DNA from: Geodermatophilaceae bacterium
GTDB taxonomy: Bacteria > Actinomycetota > Actinomycetes > Mycobacteriales > Geodermatophilaceae
Length of the DNA stretch: 24,000 nt
NCBI GenBank assembly: GCA_013812145.1
Contig: JACCTY010000019.1
Span: forward strand, 1-24,000
Direction of reading: 5' to 3'
Below are positions 20,425 to 24,000 of the stretch, piece after piece. The stretch's first letter is position 1. Every line of letters starts with the position of its first letter. The notes under the pieces were generated by a model. The model saw only the letters and a program-made list of their open reading frames with translations. It ran no database searches and was not told where the DNA came from. Both the position numbers and the translations under genes were made by a program.

Positions 20425-20744
20425 GTGCGGGTCCTTCCCTGCGGCGTTCGGTCCAGACAGACCGGAACGCGAGTGGAACGAAGTGGCCAGAGTGGCCGGG
20501 TGTTACAGATCAGCAGCAGGTCGACGAGACGAGCCGGTGAGCCGCACAAACTGATTGCTAGAAGCGGTACGACGAGGGGTAGTCCTCTACGCCGTTGTCG
20601 TATTCCGCTGTGGCACGCCCTCGGTGGGCGGCTGACGGGCCAAGCGTAGACGGTGGCCGACGCTGACACAACACGAACGCCTCCCTGCGTGTTCCCCGAC
20701 CGTCCCTGGGAATCGGCCCGGGCCCATGATCATGCGTGTTGACC
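20425..20744 (-). promoter_or_regulatory. 320-nt thrB-rho intergenic region / rho leader
   Basis: No credible ORF. The half nearest rho is visibly C/T-rich and G-poor on the sense strand (for example ctacccctcgtcgtaccgcttc...cactctggccacttcgttccactcgcgttccggtctgtc). Palindromes CATGATCATG and GGCCCGGGCC lie just after the thrB stop. Confidence 0.45.
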
Positions 20745-21647
20745 TCATGGTCTTGCCGGCAACGGGGTCAGCACGGCGCCGCCGAGATCGACCGCAAGTC
20801 GCTGAACGCTCCACCCCGAAGGCACATCCGCGCGGAGGTCTGCGTCGGCAAAGGCCGTCACAGCCGGCCCGGCGCCGGAGACCACGGCCGGGATGCCCCG
20901 AGCGCGGAGCCGGGCGACCAGCGCCGCGGTCTCGGGCATCGCCGGCTCCCGGTAGGGCTGATGCAGCCAATCGCGGGTCGACGACAACAGCAACGAAGGA
21001 TCCGCGGTCAGCGCGTGCACGAGCAGAGCCGCCCGGCCGGCGTTTCGCGCCGCGTCGGTGTGCGGCACGTGATCCGGCAGCAGGCCTCGCGCAGCTTGCG
21101 TCGAGAGCGCTTCCGGGGGCACCAGCAGCGTGACCGAGACATCCCGGTGTGGTTCGAGCCGAACAGCCCTGGGTGCGCCGTCCTCGGTCCAGGCGATCGT
21201 CAGGCCGCCCAGCAGGCAGGCCGCGACGTTGTCCGGGTGTCCCTCGAGAACCGCGGCGAGCGCGAGTAGCTCACCGTCCGGCAGCAACCCCGCCCCGCCC
21301 GGGTGCAGCGCCCGCGCGGCGAGCATGCCGGCGACCACGGCGGCTGCGGACGAGCCCAATCCCCGGCCTTGCGGGATGGCGTTGCGCGCGCGGAGCCGGA
21401 TACCGGGCGGCTGTCCCCCGAGCCGCTCGGCGACGGTCCGAAGGGCACGCACCACCAGGTGTGACTCGTCTCGAGGGACCTCGGCCGCACCCGCACCCAC
21501 CACGTCGATGTCGAGCCCCGCGTCGGTGACCTCGACTGTCACCTCGTCGTACAGCTGCAATGCCAGACCGAGCGTGTCGAAGCCGGGGCCGACATTGGCG
21601 CTGCTGGCGGGGACGCGTACGCGTACCGCGCTCCAGGCGGCGGTCAT
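20745..21647 (-). CDS. thrB: Homoserine kinase
   Basis: 3' 300 codons of track ORF 20745..22163. The ATG at 21647 overlaps the thrC stop (ATGA). GHMP-kinase motifs [12 protein letters not shown] and [12 protein letters not shown]. Confidence 0.9.
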   Translation of the reverse strand: MTAAWSAVRVRVPASSANVGPGFDTLGLALQLYDEVTVEVTDAGLDIDVVGAGAAEVPRDESHLVVRALRTVAERLGGQPPGIRLRARNAIPQGRGLGSSAAAVVAGMLAARALHPGGAGLLPDGELLALAAVLEGHPDNVAACLLGGLTIAWTEDGAPRAVRLEPHRDVSVTLLVPPEALSTQAARGLLPDHVPHTDAARNAGRAALLVHALTADPSLLLSSTRDWLHQPYREPAMPETAALVARLRARGIPAVVSGAGPAVTAFADADLRADVPSGWSVQRLAVDLGGAVLTPLPARP

Positions 21648-22714
21648 CCCGCGTAGTCCAGGCCGAGCGCCTGCGCCGCAGCCTCGGCATCGACGGCGAT
21701 CGTGATCGGTGCGGGAGCGCCGGAGATCGCCCACTGCGGGTCCTTGAGCCCGTTCCCGGTGACCGTGCACACGACCGTCGAGCCGGCGTCCAGACGGCCC
21801 TGCTCGTGCGCCTGCAGCAGCCCGGCCACGCTGGCGGCGCTGGCCGGCTCGACGAAGACCGCCTCGGCCCGGGCGAGCAGCCGGTACGCCGCCAGGATCT
21901 GCCGGTCGGTGACCGAGTCGATCAGCCCACCGCTGGCATCGCGAGCGTCCACGGCTCGGGTCCATGACGCCGGGTTCCCGATCCGGATGGCCGTGGCGAT
22001 CGTGGTCGGTTCGTCCACGACGTGCCCACGCACGATCGGCGCCGCACCACTCGCCTGGAAGCCGAACATCCGGGGCCTCGTCCGGGCTAGGCCGGCCGCG
22101 GCATACTCGACATATCCCTTCCAGTACGCCGTGATGTTCCCGGCGTTTCCGACCGGCAGGCAATGCACGGCCGGGGCATCGCCGAGCACGTCGACGATCT
22201 CGAACGCCGCCGTCTTCTGACCCTCGATGCGGAACTCGTTCACGCTGTTGACGAGCGACACCGGGTAGTCCTGCGCGAGCTTGGACGCCAGCGCCAGGCA
22301 GTCGTCGAAATTGCCGCTGACCTGGAGCAGCTTCGCTCCGTGCGCGAGTGCCTGCGCGAGCTTGCCGAGGGCGATCTTCCCGCTGGGCACCAGGACGGCA
22401 CAGAGCAGGCCAGCCCGAGCGGCGTAGGCCGCGGCCGAGGCGCTGGTGTTGCCGGTAGACGCGCAGATGACCGCCTTGGCGCCCTCCTCCGCCGCCTTGC
22501 TGATCGCCATCGTCATCCCCCGGTCCTTGAAGGAACCGGTCGGGTTGGACCCCTCGACCTTGAGGAACACCTCGCAGCCGGTCCGCTGTGACAACGTCTC
22601 GGCTCGCAGCAGCGGCGTCGCGCCCTCCAGCATCGTGACGACCGGAGTGTCGGACCTGACCGGAAGCCGATCGCGGTACTCCTCGATCACCCCTCGCCAG
22701 CCCGGCGCCGCCAT
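21644..22714 (-). CDS. thrC: Threonine synthase
   Basis: 356 aa. [11 protein letters not shown] (PLP Lys), [23 protein letters not shown]. The start overlaps the hom stop (TGATG). Confidence 0.95.
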   Translation of the reverse strand: MAAPGWRGVIEEYRDRLPVRSDTPVVTMLEGATPLLRAETLSQRTGCEVFLKVEGSNPTGSFKDRGMTMAISKAAEEGAKAVICASTGNTSASAAAYAARAGLLCAVLVPSGKIALGKLAQALAHGAKLLQVSGNFDDCLALASKLAQDYPVSLVNSVNEFRIEGQKTAAFEIVDVLGDAPAVHCLPVGNAGNITAYWKGYVEYAAAGLARTRPRMFGFQASGAAPIVRGHVVDEPTTIATAIRIGNPASWTRAVDARDASGGLIDSVTDRQILAAYRLLARAEAVFVEPASAASVAGLLQAHEQGRLDAGSTVVCTVTGNGLKDPQWAISGAPAPITIAVDAEAAAQALGLDYAG

Positions 22715-24000
22715 CAGCGCTCTCCCTCGACCCGCATGACGCTCGTCACGGCACGCACAAAATCCAAGCCTCGAAGGTCCTCGACGGTGGACGACAAGGC
22801 ACTGTCCGGGGCCACGTGGGTGACGATGACGAGGGTGGCGTCGTCGCCGCGGCCCTCCTGCCGCACCGTGGAGATGCTGACGTCGTGTACGGCGAACGCG
22901 GTGGCCACAGCCGCGAGCACGCCGGCCCGGTCCGCCACGTCCATGCTGATGTGGTAGCTCGTGTTCGTCTCCCCCATTGGCTGGATCCGCAGATCGGCGT
23001 ACGCCGACTCGCCGGGTCCCTGCGTCCCTGCCAACCGGTTCCGGGCGACCGCAACGAGATCTCCCAGTACGGCGCTCGCGGTGGGCGCGCCGCCGGCGCC
23101 ACGGCCGTAGAACATCAGCTCCCCGGCGGCGTGCGCCTCGACGAAGACCGCGTTAAACGCGTCACTGACCCCGGCCAGGGGATGTGTGCGAGGGATCATG
23201 GCCGGGTGCACGCGGACGGACACCGCGTCGGTGTCCACAGTGGACGTCCGCTCGCAGATGGCCAGCAGCTTCACCGTGCAGCCGATCGCTTTGGCGCTGG
23301 CCACGTCGGCCGCGGTCACGTCCGCAATGCCCTCGCGGTAGACGTCTGCTGCCGTCACGCGGGTGTGGAACGCCAGGCTGGCCAGGATCGCCGCCTTGGC
23401 CGCCGCGTCGAAGCCGTCGACGTCGGCGCTCGGATCGGCTTCGGCGTAACCGAGGGCGCTGGCCTCGTCCAACGCCTCCGAGAAGCCGGCGCCGGTCTCG
23501 TCCATCCTGGACAGGATGTAGTTCGTCGTACCGTTGACGATGCCGACGACGCGTCGCAGCCGGTCCCCGGCGAGGGATTCGCGAAGGGGTCGAAGCAGCG
23601 GGATGGCGCCCGCCACCGACGCCTCGTAGTACAGGTCGACGCCGGCGTCGCGGGCGGCGGCGTGCAGAGCCGCCCCGTCCTCGGCGAGCAGAGCCTTGTT
23701 CGCGGTGACGACGGACTTGCCGCCCTTGATCGCCGTAAGGATCAAGCTGCGAGCCGGCTCGATGCCGCCGATGACCTCGACGACGACATCTACGTCGGCA
23801 CGTGAGACGAGTTCGACGGCGTCGGTCGTGAGGAGATCCGGCGGTACGTCGGGGTGCCGCTTCGGGCGGCGTACGGCCACCCCAGCCAACTCCAGCGGCG
23901 CGCCGATCCGGGCGGCCAACTCGGCGGAGTGCTGCTGGAACAGTCGGATCACCTCGCTGCCGACGACGCCGCAGCCGAGCACCGCGACCTTGAGTGTCAT
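22714..24000 (-). CDS. hom: Homoserine dehydrogenase
   Basis: 428 aa. N-terminal Rossmann motif [17 protein letters not shown] and catalytic region [11 protein letters not shown]. The C-terminal domain is ACT-like ([33 protein letters not shown]). The ATG occupies the last 3 nt of the window, so a longer upstream start cannot be excluded. Confidence 0.9.
   Translation of the reverse strand: MTLKVAVLGCGVVGSEVIRLFQQHSAELAARIGAPLELAGVAVRRPKRHPDVPPDLLTTDAVELVSRADVDVVVEVIGGIEPARSLILTAIKGGKSVVTANKALLAEDGAALHAAARDAGVDLYYEASVAGAIPLLRPLRESLAGDRLRRVVGIVNGTTNYILSRMDETGAGFSEALDEASALGYAEADPSADVDGFDAAAKAAILASLAFHTRVTAADVYREGIADVTAADVASAKAIGCTVKLLAICERTSTVDTDAVSVRVHPAMIPRTHPLAGVSDAFNAVFVEAHAAGELMFYGRGAGGAPTASAVLGDLVAVARNRLAGTQGPGESAYADLRIQPMGETNTSYHISMDVADRAGVLAAVATAFAVHDVSISTVRQEGRGDDATLVIVTHVAPDSALSSTVEDLRGLDFVRAVTSVMRVEGER

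Noticed and set aside
18769-20649. 626-aa ORF on the + strand
   Set aside because: It is antisense to rho. Its repetitive LTALPVLTALP segment is just the reverse-complement reading of the rho GQDRQ repeats, and it has no independent coding evidence.
21648-22163. 5' extension of the thrB ORF (472 aa in the track)
   Set aside because: It overlaps thrC out of frame. The GHMP-kinase homology starts at the ATG at 21647, which overlaps the thrC stop.

Overview
High-GC actinobacterial chromosomal core region. The minus strand from 24000 down to 12798 carries the conserved block hom-thrC-thrB-rho-rpmE-prfA-prmC-tsaC-glyA-wecA. This block normally leads straight into a single atpIBEFHAGDC operon, but here the F1Fo ATP synthase genes are split. 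atpA-atpG-atpD-atpC follow wecA directly on the minus strand (12750 to 8003). atpZ-atpI-atpB-atpE-atpF-atpH (b-delta fusion) lie on the plus strand (3676-7280) and point toward atpC. Only one DinB/TIGR03086-like gene sits between the two halves. No transposase, integrase or long repeat is visible at any junction. The left end holds a PduO-type cobalamin adenosyltransferase, two small hypothetical genes, a frameshifted blasticidin-S/cytidine deaminase-like gene, and a partial MeaA/ethylmalonyl-CoA-mutase-like B12 enzyme. Secondary observations are a 231-nt structured atpD-atpC spacer, an in-frame 18/15-nt tandem repeat array inside a large disordered insertion in Rho, a 320-nt C/T-rich rho leader, and several strong intergenic hairpins or palindromes. 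I found no rRNA, tRNA, CRISPR array or mobile element. All calls come from reading the sequence and ORF translations and from motif recall; no database search was run.
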